Positions 18,418 through 28,941 of a stretch of 64,000 nucleotides of DNA are shown in pieces. A program made the translations under genes and the position numbers. The DNA comes from Longimicrobiales bacterium. GTDB taxonomy: Bacteria; Gemmatimonadota; Gemmatimonadetes; Longimicrobiales; Gaopeijiaceae. Where the stretch lies: the NCBI GenBank assembly GCA_965203485.1, contig OZ241892.1, forward strand, positions 1,248,001-1,312,000. The letters run 5' to 3'. Every line of letters begins with the position of its first letter. Position 1 is the first letter of the stretch. The notes below the pieces were generated by a model. It saw only the letters and a program-made list of their open reading frames with translations, was not told the DNA's origin and searched no databases.

Positions 18418-19356
18418 GCGCAACGCTTCCGTCATTGAGGAGGGGTCGGCGGCGCCGGACCGCGCAATGTCGAAGGCGGTCCCGTGGTCGGGGGAGGTGC
18501 GCACGAACGGCAAGCCGATCGTCACGTTGACGCCCCGGCGAAAGGATGCGGTCTTGAAAGCGGCCATGCCCACGTCGTGATACGGTGCGACGACGGCGTC
18601 GAACTCGCCGCAGAAAGCACGCGTGAACGCGGTATCGGCGGGGATCGGTCCGAGGACGGTTGCCGGGTCGTCGCGAAGGGCGTCGAGGGCCTGCGGGTAG
18701 ACGCGGCCTTCCTCGGAGCCGAACAGGCCGCCGTCGGAGGCGTGCGGGTTCAAGGCGCAGAGCGCGATGCGCGGGGCGGGGACTCCCCACCGTTCGCGCA
18801 GCGCAGCCGACAACAGGCGCGTCTTGGAGGCGAGGAGCTGAGCGGTCAGAAGGGCGGGCACTCGAGCCAGGGCGACATGAGTGGTGGCGAGCAGGACGCG
18901 CTTGGGCGCGACGGCGGCCGCCGAGATCGCCGGTACCGCAGACGCCGCCACGGCGGGCTCGTCGGCGCACATGAGCATTCCGACCGAGTCGGCGCCCGCC
19001 AGTTCCGCGAGCATCTCGGTGTGGCCCGGCGGGTAGCCTGCGCGCGCGAGCGCCCGCTTCTCCAGCGGCGCGGTGACGACGGCGTCGGCTTCGCCGGCCA
19101 GCGCGAGGGCGGCGGCGCGTTCCACCGCGAGACCAGCGGCCCGGCCGGGGTCCAAGCCCGCGGCCCCGTCCGCGACGCACTCGAACTCGCAACGGCCGGG
19201 CAAGGAGGCGAAGGCGTCCTCGCACTCGATCGGACCCACGACCCGCACGGTGCAGGGAAGTCCTTCGTCTTCGGCCGCCGCCAGGGCCGTGGCCGCCACT
19301 TCCGGCCCGATCCCGCGCGGGTCGCCGGCCGTCACGACGACGCGCGGCCCAGTCAC
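18391..19356 (-). CDS. pdxA: 4-hydroxythreonine-4-phosphate dehydrogenase
   Basis: TAGDPRGIGPEV, VTAPLEK, GHTEML, LATTHVAL, LNPHASDGGLFGSEE, GPIPADTAF, YHDVG, VNVTIGLPFVRTSPDHGTAFDIA. Confidence 0.96.
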   Translation of the reverse strand: MTGPRVVVTAGDPRGIGPEVAATALAAAEDEGLPCTVRVVGPIECEDAFASLPGRCEFECVADGAAGLDPGRAAGLAVERAAALALAGEADAVVTAPLEKRALARAGYPPGHTEMLAELAGADSVGMLMCADEPAVAASAVPAISAAAVAPKRVLLATTHVALARVPALLTAQLLASKTRLLSAALRERWGVPAPRIALCALNPHASDGGLFGSEEGRVYPQALDALRDDPATVLGPIPADTAFTRAFCGEFDAVVAPYHDVGMAAFKTASFRRGVNVTIGLPFVRTSPDHGTAFDIARSGAADPSSMTEALRLAVRLASR

Positions 19357-19402
19357 GGCGGAATCAGTCGGTCGCGTGCCCGGGCCCTCGTCGGCGGGGA
19401 GG

Positions 19403-20758
19403 TCAATACGTCTTGATCTCGACGTACGTCTTGGCCCTCAGCCCTTCCAGCAAGGCCGTGAACCGCTTTTGTTGGACGAGGTTGGCCCGGATGCTCTCGC
19501 GCAGATCCTCGAATCCGAAGGCGCCGGCTTCGCGGGTTTCCAAGACCTTGATCACTGCGAACCTGTCCTTGCCCTGATAGGAGAACTGGATGGGGCCGAA
19601 GAGCTCTCCAGCGCTTCGTGGGCTCCCTAGCGGCGCCAGGTAGGCGGGCGGCAGGCGTTGCGCGACCTGTCGGCGGGCGACGGTCGCGGAGTCCGCCCTG
19701 AAGGGGAACACCAGTGCGTCGTGGTGTTCGTCGACGAGTTCGGCAAAATCGCGGCCGGAGCGCGCATCGGCCGCGATCTCTTCTGCCAGTGCGCGGGCCC
19801 GCCCGACGTCGGTCGGCGTCGTCTCCGGTACGACGAGGATGTGACGAGCCCGCCGCTCCGCGAACCGGACTTGGTCGACGCGAATGACGTGGTACCCGAA
19901 GGCCGTCTCGACGACGTCGCTGACTTGTCCCTCGGCGAGCCCGAACGCCGCGTCTTCGAATTCGTCGACGAAGGCGCCTTCGCGACGGAACCAGCCCAAG
20001 TCGCCGCCCGCCGCGGCCGAGCCGGGATCTTGCGAGTGCGCTTGGGCCAGCTCGGCGAAGTCCTCGCCCGCCCGGGCGCGCTCCATCAACGCTTCGGCGG
20101 TTGCGCGGGCCGCGGCCCGCGCGGAGTCGTCCGGCGTCACCGACAGCACGACCTGCTGGAACGTGATTGTCGCGGGGCGCTCCTGAAGCGTTTCCTGGCC
20201 GGCGTCGAACAGCGCCCGCATCTCCTCCTCCGAGACCTCGACGGCGGCGGAGCTCATGCGCAGGCGGAGATAGAGTTCGACGAGCTTGTCCTGCCGAACC
20301 TGTTGGCGAAGCCTCTCCCGGTACCCCTGCATCGTGAGCCCCTCGCGTTGCAGAGCTTGCTCCATTTCCGAGCGGGACGCGTAGTTGGCCTGCACCCGGT
20401 CCACGTGCTCCTGGACGGCCCCGTCGACCTCGGCTTCGTCGACCGCGAGCAAGGTGTCGGCGGCCGCCGCCTGCAACACGATCTGGTGGTTGACCAGGTC
20501 GTTGAGCTGCTCGGCTAGGAACTGGTCGCGTTCGGGCGTGCCCGGGGCGGGAACGGGCTGCCCCGAGTTCCGCAACTCGTTCTCGCGCTCCAGCAACTGC
20601 GACAGCAAGATGGCGGAGTCGCCGACGACCGCCACGACGCGATCGACCGGCGCCGGGCCTCCGACTACCTGGGCCGGCAGCGTGCCTGCCGGAACGAAGA
20701 ACGCCGCCAGGCCCACGAGCGCCCGTGCACCGGCATGTCGGCGCTTCCGATGCGGCAT
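19403..20758 (-). CDS. surA: SurA-like periplasmic chaperone / parvulin peptidyl-prolyl isomerase
   Basis: Signal peptide ending [20 protein letters not shown]; parvulin motifs [45 protein letters not shown]; adjacent to pdxA. Confidence 0.85.
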   Translation of the reverse strand: MPHRKRRHAGARALVGLAAFFVPAGTLPAQVVGGPAPVDRVVAVVGDSAILLSQLLERENELRNSGQPVPAPGTPERDQFLAEQLNDLVNHQIVLQAAAADTLLAVDEAEVDGAVQEHVDRVQANYASRSEMEQALQREGLTMQGYRERLRQQVRQDKLVELYLRLRMSSAAVEVSEEEMRALFDAGQETLQERPATITFQQVVLSVTPDDSARAAARATAEALMERARAGEDFAELAQAHSQDPGSAAAGGDLGWFRREGAFVDEFEDAAFGLAEGQVSDVVETAFGYHVIRVDQVRFAERRARHILVVPETTPTDVGRARALAEEIAADARSGRDFAELVDEHHDALVFPFRADSATVARRQVAQRLPPAYLAPLGSPRSAGELFGPIQFSYQGKDRFAVIKVLETREAGAFGFEDLRESIRANLVQQKRFTALLEGLRAKTYVEIKTY

Positions 20759-20822
20759 TCGAGTCCCTCCGGGAGACGGCAGTGGCCGGCACGCGGCGCG
20801 CAGAGACAACCGCTCTGCCGAG

Positions 20823-23800
20823 CTAGAACGGTTGCAGCGCGCGAGCTTGCTCCGCGGTCGCCTCTGCGCGGCCGGCGTGAATCCGCCACGCCGCCTGCGA
20901 TCGCAGGAGAAAAGTAACGTCGCCCAAGGGCGTCATCTCCTGCCGGCCTGAAAGGATGCGCGCCAGGGCGGCCTCGACGCGCGCCGCCGTCCCGTCGCCA
21001 GGCCGCCTTGCGGCTCGGCCGGAATCGGTTGCGAGGCTTGCGCCGCCGTCCCGCGGCGCCGAGCCGCCGGCAGAAGGCGCATCCGCCTCCAGCCGGAGCT
21101 CACGCTGCTCGGGACCGGCAAGGTCCTGCGCCTCCGGGTCGCCGGAGGCAGCCTCCTGCGCCGACGGGGCGGCGCTTCCGTGAAGTCCGATCAGCCGGCC
21201 TCCCTCGCGAATCGCGTCGCGGACGGCCCAGGCCAGGGAGTCCCGCGTTGCCGGGACCGGCTCGAAGCCGCGTGCGCGCGCCTCGGCGAGCAGCGCCTGC
21301 TCCCGGCCGAGCCTGCGCAACGCCGAGCGAAGATCGTCGTCGTCCGCCTCCGCCACGCCCTGGGCAAAGGCGCCCGAAGAGCGGCGCACCAAGGCGGCGA
21401 ACTCTCCGGCGGTGTAGGCGCCGCCGCTCCACGTGAGCAACGGCCTGCCGGTGCCCCGCGCCGCCAGCCGCCGGGGCCTCGACCGCGATAGGCCCCGCGC
21501 AACCTCCAGCGCGTCGTCCGCCAGCGCGAGGCCGGACGCGGAGTCGAGATGCTGCAGGAAGGCGGCCTCGGCCTCGGCGAGGCGTTCCGTCCGAATCCGC
21601 CGTCGAAACGCGTCGGCCACTTCCGGCAACTCCGGCACGTCCAACGCCTCGAGCTTCAGGACGTGGTAGCCGAGCGACGTCCTCACCGGATCGCTGACTT
21701 CGCCCGGGCGCATGCCGAACACCGCGCTGTCGACGGGCCTCAGCAGCTCGCCGCGCTCGACGACGCCCAGTCGTCCCCCGCGCTGCGCGTTGCCGGGGTC
21801 GTCGCTGAACGCCCTGGCCAGCGCGGCGAAGTCGTCGCCTCGGTCCAAGCGGCGCCGCACCATGTCGGCGGCGGCCAGCACGCTGTCGCGTTGGAGTTGC
21901 GTAGCCGCGGCGGGGAACAGCAGCAGGATCTGCGACGCGGTCGCCTGGGCGCCGGGCAGCTCGACCGCGAACCGCTCGGCCAGCTCTTCGTCGCTCACCA
22001 CCGTGTCCGCTTCGAGCGCCTCCCCGTGCAGTCCGGCCAGCATCCGTTCCCGCAGCATGGGCTCGACGGCCGTCCCCACGTCGAGGCCGGCGAGCGTGGA
22101 GTCCGCGGCCAGGCGGGTCGCCAACAGCGTGTAGTCCACCCACAGCTCGGCCACGGTCCGCACCACCTGCGCGTCGACCGGGACCGCGCTGTGCTCGGCG
22201 ATCAGCGCCGCCGCCTGCGTCATGCCCAGCCGGGCGCCGCCCGCCTCCGCCAGCGTGTCCCCGCCGCATCCCGCCGCCAGCGTCGCGCAGACCGCGGCAG
22301 CCACGCCCGCCGACGCCCGCCCGCGGACCGTCGCGCTTCGAGATCCATCTCGCGCGTTCGCGCCGGTCTCGCCGAGAGCGTCGATGGCCCGGACGACGAT
22401 TTCGGGCAAGCGTTCCTCGGCGCCGGCCTCGAGCGCCACCGCCAACGGAGACAGGCGCGGCACCTCCACGCCGACGTCCTCTTCGTCGAGCGCGCCGGCG
22501 AGCGCCGACATGCGCGGCGCGACCTCCGGCCGGAAGTCCAAGCGCGCCCGCCGTCCCTTCACATGAATGCGCGCGACGCCCGCGTCCCGGCCGGCGAGGC
22601 CGAGCACGGCTTGGTCCACGAGACTCCTCGCTTCCGGGGGCAACGGTCCGAACCGGTCCGCCAGCTCGCCGGCCAGCGCCGCCACGTCGGCGCGGTCGGA
22701 GACGCCGGCCAGCCTCCGGTAAACATGGAGCTTCTGGCGCTCGTCCGCCACGTAGTCCGCAGGCAGGTAGGCGCCGTGCTCCATGGCGATTTCGGGCCGG
22801 GGAAAGTCCGCCTCGCCGGGCTGGTTGCGGATGCGCCGGACCGCCTTCTCCAGGAGGCGCATGTACGTCTCGACACCCACGGCGTGCGCGAAGCCCGATT
22901 GGGCGTCGCCCAGGAGGTTGCCCGCGCCACGGGCCTGCAGGTCGCGCAACGCGATCTGGTACCCGCTGCCGAGTTCGGTGTAGTGCTCCAGCACGCTCAA
23001 CCGGCGGGCGGCGTCGTCGGCGAGCTCCTCGGGGGCGATCAGGTAGCAGAAGGCCCGCCGGTCCGACCGGCCGACGCGCCCGCGGATTTGATGCAGTTGC
23101 GCGAGGCCGAAGCGGTCGGCGCGGTCGACGATCAGCGTGTTGGCATTTGCCACGTCGAGGCCGTTCTCGATGATCGCCGAGCAAACCAGCACGTCGGTGC
23201 CGCCGTCGACGAAGCGGGTCATTGCTTCGTGCAGCCGACGGGGGCGCATCCGGCCGTGCGCCACGCCGACGGTTGCGGGCGCGGCCAGGTCGCGAACGCG
23301 CGCGGCCACCGTGTCGATTGTCTCGACGCGGTTGTGCAGAAAGAAGACTTGGCCGCCCCGGTCTATCTCCCTCTCGCAGGCCTCCGCGATAATGCGGTCG
23401 TGCCACGGGACGACGCGCGTGACGATGGGGAGGCGGTTTCTCGGGGGCGTGCGGATCAACGACATGTCCCGGATCCCCGCGAGCGACAGGTAGAGCGTGC
23501 GGGGGATGGGCGTCGCCGAGAGCGTGAGCACGTCCACGGTCGTCCGCAACTGCTTGATCCGTTCCTTCTGGCGCACGCCGAGGCGTTGCTCTTCGTCCAC
23601 GACCAGCAGTCCCAGGTCCTTGAACGCCACGTCGCGCGACAGCAGTCGGTGCGTGCCCACGACCACGTCCACCGAGCCGTTGCGGATGCCCTCCAGCACT
23701 TGCCGTTGCTGGGCCGCATCCTCGAAGCGCGAGAGCGACGCGACGCGAACGGGATACTTGTCCAGGCGCTCCCTGAACGATCCCGCATGCTGCGCCGCGA

Positions 23801-25841
23801 GCACCGTCGTCGGCGCCAGGACCGCGACCTGCTTGCCGTCCTGGACGGCCTTGAAGGCGGCCCGGACCGCCACCTCCGTCTTGCCGTATCCGGCATCGCC
23901 GCAGACGAGCCGGTCCATGATCGCGGGCGATTCCATGTCGCGCTTGACCTCTTCCGCCGCGCGCCGCTGGTCGGGCGTGTCTTCGTAGGGGAACGCGGAT
24001 TCCATCTCGCGTTGCCACTCGGTGTCGGCCGAGTACGCATGGCCGGCTCCGGACTTGCGGACCGCGTAGAGGTCGAGGAGTTCGGCCGTCATTGCCTGGA
24101 TTGCGTCCTCGGTCTTGCGCCTCAAGTTCTTCCAGCGCTTGCCGCCGATTCGGTCGAGGCGCGCCGGGGCCGCTTCGGGATCGGGACCTATCCAGCGCTC
24201 GACTTGGTCGAGCGCGTGCACCGGAACGCGCAACAGCTCGCCGCCCGCGTATGCGATCACCAGAGCCTCCAGCGGCTGGCCGCCGATGTTGACGCGTTCC
24301 AGGCCCCGGAATCGGCCGATGCCGTGATCCATGTGCACGACGTAGTCGCCGGACGAGAGTTCGGCCAGGCTCTCGACGGAGGCGCTGCCGCGGAACCGCC
24401 GCGTCGACGGTCGCCGTCGCCTGCGCCGGAAGAGTTCGTGATCGGCGAGGACGTTGGCGGGGGGCGAGGCGTCGGGCAGGCGAAAGCCGCCTGCGATGCT
24501 TCCGGAGACGAAGCTGCAACTGGCGGGCGGCACGCCGCGGCGGTCCGACACGAGTTCCTCCAGGCGGGTTGCCTGGCCCTCGTTGTCGCAAAGGATCGAC
24601 GTGGCGGCGCCTGCCGTGGCCGCCGACGCCAGGAACCGCCTGAGCGCGCGGAGGTCGCCGTCCACCTGCGGCGGGGCAAGCGCGTTGAAGACGACGTCGC
24701 CCGTCGGCGCCTCGCCAAGCCGCAGGCGGGCGAAGCGGGAAACGCGCTCCCGGAAGCCGTCCGCGTCCAGGAACAAGCGCGCGGGCTGGACGGCGGGGTT
24801 GCCGTGGCGCTTGGCGTCGCTGCAGCGGCGGGCGGCGTCCCGCCACGCGGCGGCCGCGTCCTCCGTCCAGTCGGCCCCGCCGGTGCGGAGCAGGACGGCG
24901 CCCCGCGGAAGCCGGTCGAGGAGCGACGTGGGCGCCGCGGCGGCGGAGGAACCGGCCGCGAAAGCGCCGGTTCCCCCGGCCTCGCCGCCAGGCGCCGCGG
25001 CCGTGGGCGTTGCGGGCGGGCCGCGGCCGTCGCTTCGGCGCCCACGATGGCGAGTCGGCGCCGCGGCGCTCCGGGCCGCCGGCCCGCGGAGCACGGCCTC
25101 GCCGCCGGCCATGGCGGGACGCGGGACGCGGTCGGCCGCCTCTGCCCGGTCGCGGAAGGCGACGGGCAGGATGTCGACGCTGTCGACGATCTGGGTCGAG
25201 AGCTGGTCGCGCACGTCGAAGAGGCGAACCGAATCCACGGCCTCGCCGCTGAACTCGATGCGGGCGGGCCCGGCCGCGCCGAGCGAGAACACGTCCACGA
25301 TTCCTCCTCGAATCGCGTAGCAGCCCACTTCCTCGACCGTGGGCACGCAACGGAAGCCCCTCTCCTGCAAGGCGGCGATCACGGCGTCCCGGCCGGGACG
25401 CGTGCCGCTGGCGACGACGAAGCGCAGTCCGGCCAAGTCCCGCGGGATGCGGGCGACCTCCTGCAACGCTCTGCGCGTGGCAACGAGGATGCGGGCGCGA
25501 CCTGCGAGCACGGCCTCGACCGCTTCGACCCGCTGGCCCGACGTCGCGGCGGCTTCGCCCTCTTCTTCGCCGCCGGCGAGTTCGCGCTGCGGGTAGTGGA
25601 CCGCGTCCCCCGGAGCCAGCGCTTCAAGGTCCTGGAAGTGGTCGGCCGCGTCGCCCGGCGACGAAGCGGCCACGACCCAGAGCCGCTCGGGCGCCTGCCG
25701 CGCCAGCGCGGCCGCGACGACGACCGGCAGCGAGCCCGCCATTCCCCCGGCCGACCTCGATTCGCCCGGTCGCGGCAGGCGCGCGGCCAGCTCCCGCAAC
25801 GCCGGAGTGGAGGCCACCGCCGCAACGGCGGGATGCTCCAT
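20823..25841 (-). CDS. mfd: Transcription-repair coupling factor Mfd in one ORF with a C-terminal lipoprotein-type parvulin PPIase
   Basis: Mfd motifs [82 protein letters not shown] (YLPADYV...LADRFGPLP). These continue without a stop into CATLAAGC (Cys codon 22266-22268) and a parvulin domain ([36 protein letters not shown]). Confidence 0.9.
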   Translation of the reverse strand: MEHPAVAAVASTPALRELAARLPRPGESRSAGGMAGSLPVVVAAALARQAPERLWVVAASSPGDAADHFQDLEALAPGDAVHYPQRELAGGEEEGEAAATSGQRVEAVEAVLAGRARILVATRRALQEVARIPRDLAGLRFVVASGTRPGRDAVIAALQERGFRCVPTVEEVGCYAIRGGIVDVFSLGAAGPARIEFSGEAVDSVRLFDVRDQLSTQIVDSVDILPVAFRDRAEAADRVPRPAMAGGEAVLRGPAARSAAAPTRHRGRRSDGRGPPATPTAAAPGGEAGGTGAFAAGSSAAAAPTSLLDRLPRGAVLLRTGGADWTEDAAAAWRDAARRCSDAKRHGNPAVQPARLFLDADGFRERVSRFARLRLGEAPTGDVVFNALAPPQVDGDLRALRRFLASAATAGAATSILCDNEGQATRLEELVSDRRGVPPASCSFVSGSIAGGFRLPDASPPANVLADHELFRRRRRRPSTRRFRGSASVESLAELSSGDYVVHMDHGIGRFRGLERVNIGGQPLEALVIAYAGGELLRVPVHALDQVERWIGPDPEAAPARLDRIGGKRWKNLRRKTEDAIQAMTAELLDLYAVRKSGAGHAYSADTEWQREMESAFPYEDTPDQRRAAEEVKRDMESPAIMDRLVCGDAGYGKTEVAVRAAFKAVQDGKQVAVLAPTTVLAAQHAGSFRERLDKYPVRVASLSRFEDAAQQRQVLEGIRNGSVDVVVGTHRLLSRDVAFKDLGLLVVDEEQRLGVRQKERIKQLRTTVDVLTLSATPIPRTLYLSLAGIRDMSLIRTPPRNRLPIVTRVVPWHDRIIAEACEREIDRGGQVFFLHNRVETIDTVAARVRDLAAPATVGVAHGRMRPRRLHEAMTRFVDGGTDVLVCSAIIENGLDVANANTLIVDRADRFGLAQLHQIRGRVGRSDRRAFCYLIAPEELADDAARRLSVLEHYTELGSGYQIALRDLQARGAGNLLGDAQSGFAHAVGVETYMRLLEKAVRRIRNQPGEADFPRPEIAMEHGAYLPADYVADERQKLHVYRRLAGVSDRADVAALAGELADRFGPLPPEARSLVDQAVLGLAGRDAGVARIHVKGRRARLDFRPEVAPRMSALAGALDEEDVGVEVPRLSPLAVALEAGAEERLPEIVVRAIDALGETGANARDGSRSATVRGRASAGVAAAVCATLAAGCGGDTLAEAGGARLGMTQAAALIAEHSAVPVDAQVVRTVAELWVDYTLLATRLAADSTLAGLDVGTAVEPMLRERMLAGLHGEALEADTVVSDEELAERFAVELPGAQATASQILLLFPAAATQLQRDSVLAAADMVRRRLDRGDDFAALARAFSDDPGNAQRGGRLGVVERGELLRPVDSAVFGMRPGEVSDPVRTSLGYHVLKLEALDVPELPEVADAFRRRIRTERLAEAEAAFLQHLDSASGLALADDALEVARGLSRSRPRRLAARGTGRPLLTWSGGAYTAGEFAALVRRSSGAFAQGVAEADDDDLRSALRRLGREQALLAEARARGFEPVPATRDSLAWAVRDAIREGGRLIGLHGSAAPSAQEAASGDPEAQDLAGPEQRELRLEADAPSAGGSAPRDGGASLATDSGRAARRPGDGTAARVEAALARILSGRQEMTPLGDVTFLLRSQAAWRIHAGRAEATAEQARALQPF

Positions 25842-25845
25842 CCCG

Positions 25846-27831
25846 CTACCCGCCACCGGCCCGCAAGCTTGCCGTCCCGGCGCGCCCCTCGCGCAACCGC
25901 TTCGGTGCGGCGACCAAGCTCTCCGCGACCAGCAGCGCCAGCAGCAGGACCAGAAGCGCCCGCCAGGGCTCGGGACCGCGCCGGTTGCGGAACACCGCGT
26001 CGCGCAAGCCCGCCAAGTCCTCCACGACCGCGACGACGCCCGGCGCCGCGGCTCGCACTTGGTCCGGCGACGCCGGGGCCAGGTCGATTTCCTCGACGGG
26101 CGCGTTCACCGCCACCGAGTCGACAACGGAGTCGCCCGCCAGAACCTCGTAAATGCCGGTCAGCGCCGTTTCGAGAAAGGGCTGGCCGCCGTCCACTCGG
26201 TGCTCGGCGCCGTCCGGAGCCCGGACTCTGGAAGCGATCCCCGGCAAGAGGATGGGACTGCCCGCGGGCGCCGAGACCGCGCCCCCGCCGTCGAAGCGAG
26301 CGACGATCCACTCCAGCAGCGGGATCATTGCCGCCGAAACGGCAACGTCGGTCGATCGCGCGTCGAGGGGCGATGCGAACAGCACGTAGGAGCCCGAACG
26401 CGTTCGTCCGGCCACGAGCCAGGGATCGCCGCTGGAGAGCACGACCAGCCGCGCGGTGCCGGCCGCTCGGTCGTCGCCGCCGTCGGCCGGCTCGGCCCCC
26501 TCGCCCAGCGCGGTCCGGCCTCGTCCGGCGGCCGGAACGATGCGATGAAAGACGGACACCTCCATGTCGTCCAGCGCCAAGGGGAGGTGATTGGCCGCCA
26601 CGCGGACTCCGGCGCCCGCGCGCGAAGCGTAGGCGAACGGAATGGCCGCTTGGGCGAGCCGTCGGTTCAAGGCCGGCAGCAGGGCGGGGTCGGCGGCGGG
26701 CACGATCACCGCGGCCTGGGACGGGGTCCGCCGGTCGAGCCCCTCGCCTGCCGCACTCACCAGCAAGGCGGCTCCTTCGAGCGGGCCGCGCGCGACGCGG
26801 CCGTGCTCCTCGAGCGCTCCCAGCGCTTCGGTCACGAAGAGGCCGGGGGCGCCCGCGGTGGCCAGCGGGGTCGGCTCGCGAACCCGCAGCGCGAAGTAGC
26901 GCCTGTCGTCGGCCGCCAGCGCGTCGGAGTCGATCTCGGCATGCCCGTCGACCCGCCCCGCCGCGAAGGGGCCGGCGAGCAGCCGCACCGAAGACCCCGC
27001 CGGCACGGCCGCCGCGGCGCGCACGCGTCCTCCGATCGCCAGCCGCACCCCGACGGTATCGTCCTCCGCGTCCCCCCGAACGGCGACGGCGACTTCGGTC
27101 CGCCGGCCGGCGAGCGGCCGAAGCCCCCCGTCGAACGAGAGCGAGGCCACGCCCCGGTTGCGCCCGCCGCCGGCCGGTCGAGCCCCGAAGACGACGACGG
27201 GAACGGCGCTCGGACCGCCTCCTCGGCCCGGCTCCGCGAAGCCGGACGCCTGCATGTCCGTGAAGACGTGCACCTCCTGCGCCGCCAGTCCGCTTTGGCC
27301 GACCAGCTCTCGCGCCCGCCCGACGGCCCTGCCGATGTTGCCGGGAGCGTGCCCGGACCTCGTCTCGTCGACCGCTTCGCGCGCGCGTTCGGCGCCGCCC
27401 CGCACGGCCGGCTCCCACGGCGCCCCGGCGCGGAGCACCCAGAACACGTCGTCGTGGCCCGCCATCGCCACGCTCGCCCGCGCCGCCGCCTTCAGCGTGT
27501 CGAGCAGGCGCCGCCCCCCGTCCACGATCGACGTGCTCATCGAGTTGTCGAGCACGATCGCCACGGCCGTGGGCTCGTGGCTCGTGCCCGGACCCGCCAC
27601 GTACAGCCGGGCGCCGGCCAACGTGGCGACCGCGACGATTGCGATCCGCAACAGCAGCAGCAGCAGCTTGGACCGGATTCGCCGCGCATGGTCGCGCTCG
27701 TGGCGGAGCAGGTAGCGGATGGCCGGAAACGGGACGCTCTCGGTGCGTCGCCGAAAGAAGAAGTGCAGCAGCAGGGGCACGGCGGCCGCTCCGCCCGCCA
27801 GCAGGAACCAGGGTTGCAAGAACCCGATCAA
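25846..27831 (-). CDS. BatA N-terminal / VWA domain membrane protein
   Basis: FLQPWFL...VPLLLHFF.RR....PFPAIRYL...LLLLLLRIAIV (BatA N-terminus); MIDAS-like IVLDNSMS; C-terminal TM EPWRALLVLLLALLVAE; TTG start overlaps the DUF58 stop. Confidence 0.8.
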   Translation of the reverse strand: MIGFLQPWFLLAGGAAAVPLLLHFFFRRRTESVPFPAIRYLLRHERDHARRIRSKLLLLLLRIAIVAVATLAGARLYVAGPGTSHEPTAVAIVLDNSMSTSIVDGGRRLLDTLKAAARASVAMAGHDDVFWVLRAGAPWEPAVRGGAERAREAVDETRSGHAPGNIGRAVGRARELVGQSGLAAQEVHVFTDMQASGFAEPGRGGGPSAVPVVVFGARPAGGGRNRGVASLSFDGGLRPLAGRRTEVAVAVRGDAEDDTVGVRLAIGGRVRAAAAVPAGSSVRLLAGPFAAGRVDGHAEIDSDALAADDRRYFALRVREPTPLATAGAPGLFVTEALGALEEHGRVARGPLEGAALLVSAAGEGLDRRTPSQAAVIVPAADPALLPALNRRLAQAAIPFAYASRAGAGVRVAANHLPLALDDMEVSVFHRIVPAAGRGRTALGEGAEPADGGDDRAAGTARLVVLSSGDPWLVAGRTRSGSYVLFASPLDARSTDVAVSAAMIPLLEWIVARFDGGGAVSAPAGSPILLPGIASRVRAPDGAEHRVDGGQPFLETALTGIYEVLAGDSVVDSVAVNAPVEEIDLAPASPDQVRAAAPGVVAVVEDLAGLRDAVFRNRRGPEPWRALLVLLLALLVAESLVAAPKRLREGRAGTASLRAGGG

Positions 27832-28757
27832 GGCAGTCGCTGCCGCTTCCAGAGATAGGCGCGCAACGCGTGCGAGAGCGGCGCGCTGGTGTCGAGAGCG
27901 GAGTACGCGATCCCGCGCCCCGCGAGTCCGCTGGTCCATTCGGCGATCGCCTGTTCCACCGCGTTGCGGTACCGGCGCCGCGCGTCGGCGGCCGAGACCT
28001 GAAGCGCGTCGCCGGTCTCCGGATCGACCAACGGCGCGCGGCCCGTGGCCGGGAGGGTGCGTTCGCCCGGATCGATCAGGTGGAAGACGAGCACTTCGTG
28101 GCCCGTGCGCTGGAGGTACAAGAGCGCCTTCGCCGTGCCGGCCGGATCTACGAGCAGATCGGAGACGAGGACGACGAGCCCCTTGCGCTTCAGCCGCAGC
28201 GCCACGTCGCGCAACGCCGTCTCCGCGTCCGTGCCGCCGCCGCTTTCCATCGCGTTCAGGTGCCGCAGCAGAAGACGCCAGTGCACCTTGCCGCCCCGGC
28301 AGCGGATCTGGCGCGTTATGCGGTCGGCGAACGCCATGAGCCCGACCGTGTCGCCCTGGCGAATCAGGATCAGCGACACCGCCGCCGCCAAGTGCTTGGC
28401 GTACCACAGCTTGGAGGGCAACGACCGCCGCGACGTCCAGTTCATCGACTCGCTCACGTCGAGCAGCAGGTGCGCGCGCAGGTTCGTCTCCTCTTCGTAC
28501 TGCTTGACGTAGAAGCGGTCCGACCGGGCGAACATCCGCCAGTCCAGCGTGCGCAGATCGTCGCCGGGCCGGTACGCGCGCAGTTCCGCGAACTCGGCCG
28601 AAAAGCCTCGGTTCGGCGACCGGTGGAGGCCCAGCAGGAAGCCCTGCACGACCTTGCGGGCCACGATGTCGATGCCCCCGAGTTGCTCCAGGGTTTCCGG
28701 GTCCAGGAGGTCCGCTCTCCGGTCCCGGTGCGGAAAGACCGTCTCGTTCGTTGCCAT
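27828..28757 (-). CDS. DUF58 domain protein (MoxR-associated VWA-like)
   Basis: GLHRSPNRGFSAEFAELRAYRPGDDLRTLDWRMFARSDRFYVKQYEEETN, LLDVSESM, VLVSDL. Confidence 0.92.
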   Translation of the reverse strand: MATNETVFPHRDRRADLLDPETLEQLGGIDIVARKVVQGFLLGLHRSPNRGFSAEFAELRAYRPGDDLRTLDWRMFARSDRFYVKQYEEETNLRAHLLLDVSESMNWTSRRSLPSKLWYAKHLAAAVSLILIRQGDTVGLMAFADRITRQIRCRGGKVHWRLLLRHLNAMESGGGTDAETALRDVALRLKRKGLVVLVSDLLVDPAGTAKALLYLQRTGHEVLVFHLIDPGERTLPATGRAPLVDPETGDALQVSAADARRRYRNAVEQAIAEWTSGLAGRGIAYSALDTSAPLSHALRAYLWKRQRLP

Positions 28758-28941
28758 GGGACGTTCAATTTCGCCAAGGCGGGGAAGCGGCGACAACCGG
28801 CGGTCGGGCCGGCGCGCCAAGAGGAGGCCGCCCAGCGCTCGAGACGTCAGCCCAAGGTCTGGCGCACCGCGCCCAGGGGCTTAAGTTGAGAGCCGAGCAC
28901 GAAGCCGCGGGAGCCGCACCCGCCGGAGGGCGAGGTCCGCC

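Noticed and set aside
21549..27263. 1,904-aa plus-strand ORF and other long shadow ORFs (21100-25350, 31491-35363, 31676-35098, 57590-60421)
   Set aside because: Alternative-frame or antisense shadows of well-supported genes; low-complexity translations typical of high-GC DNA.
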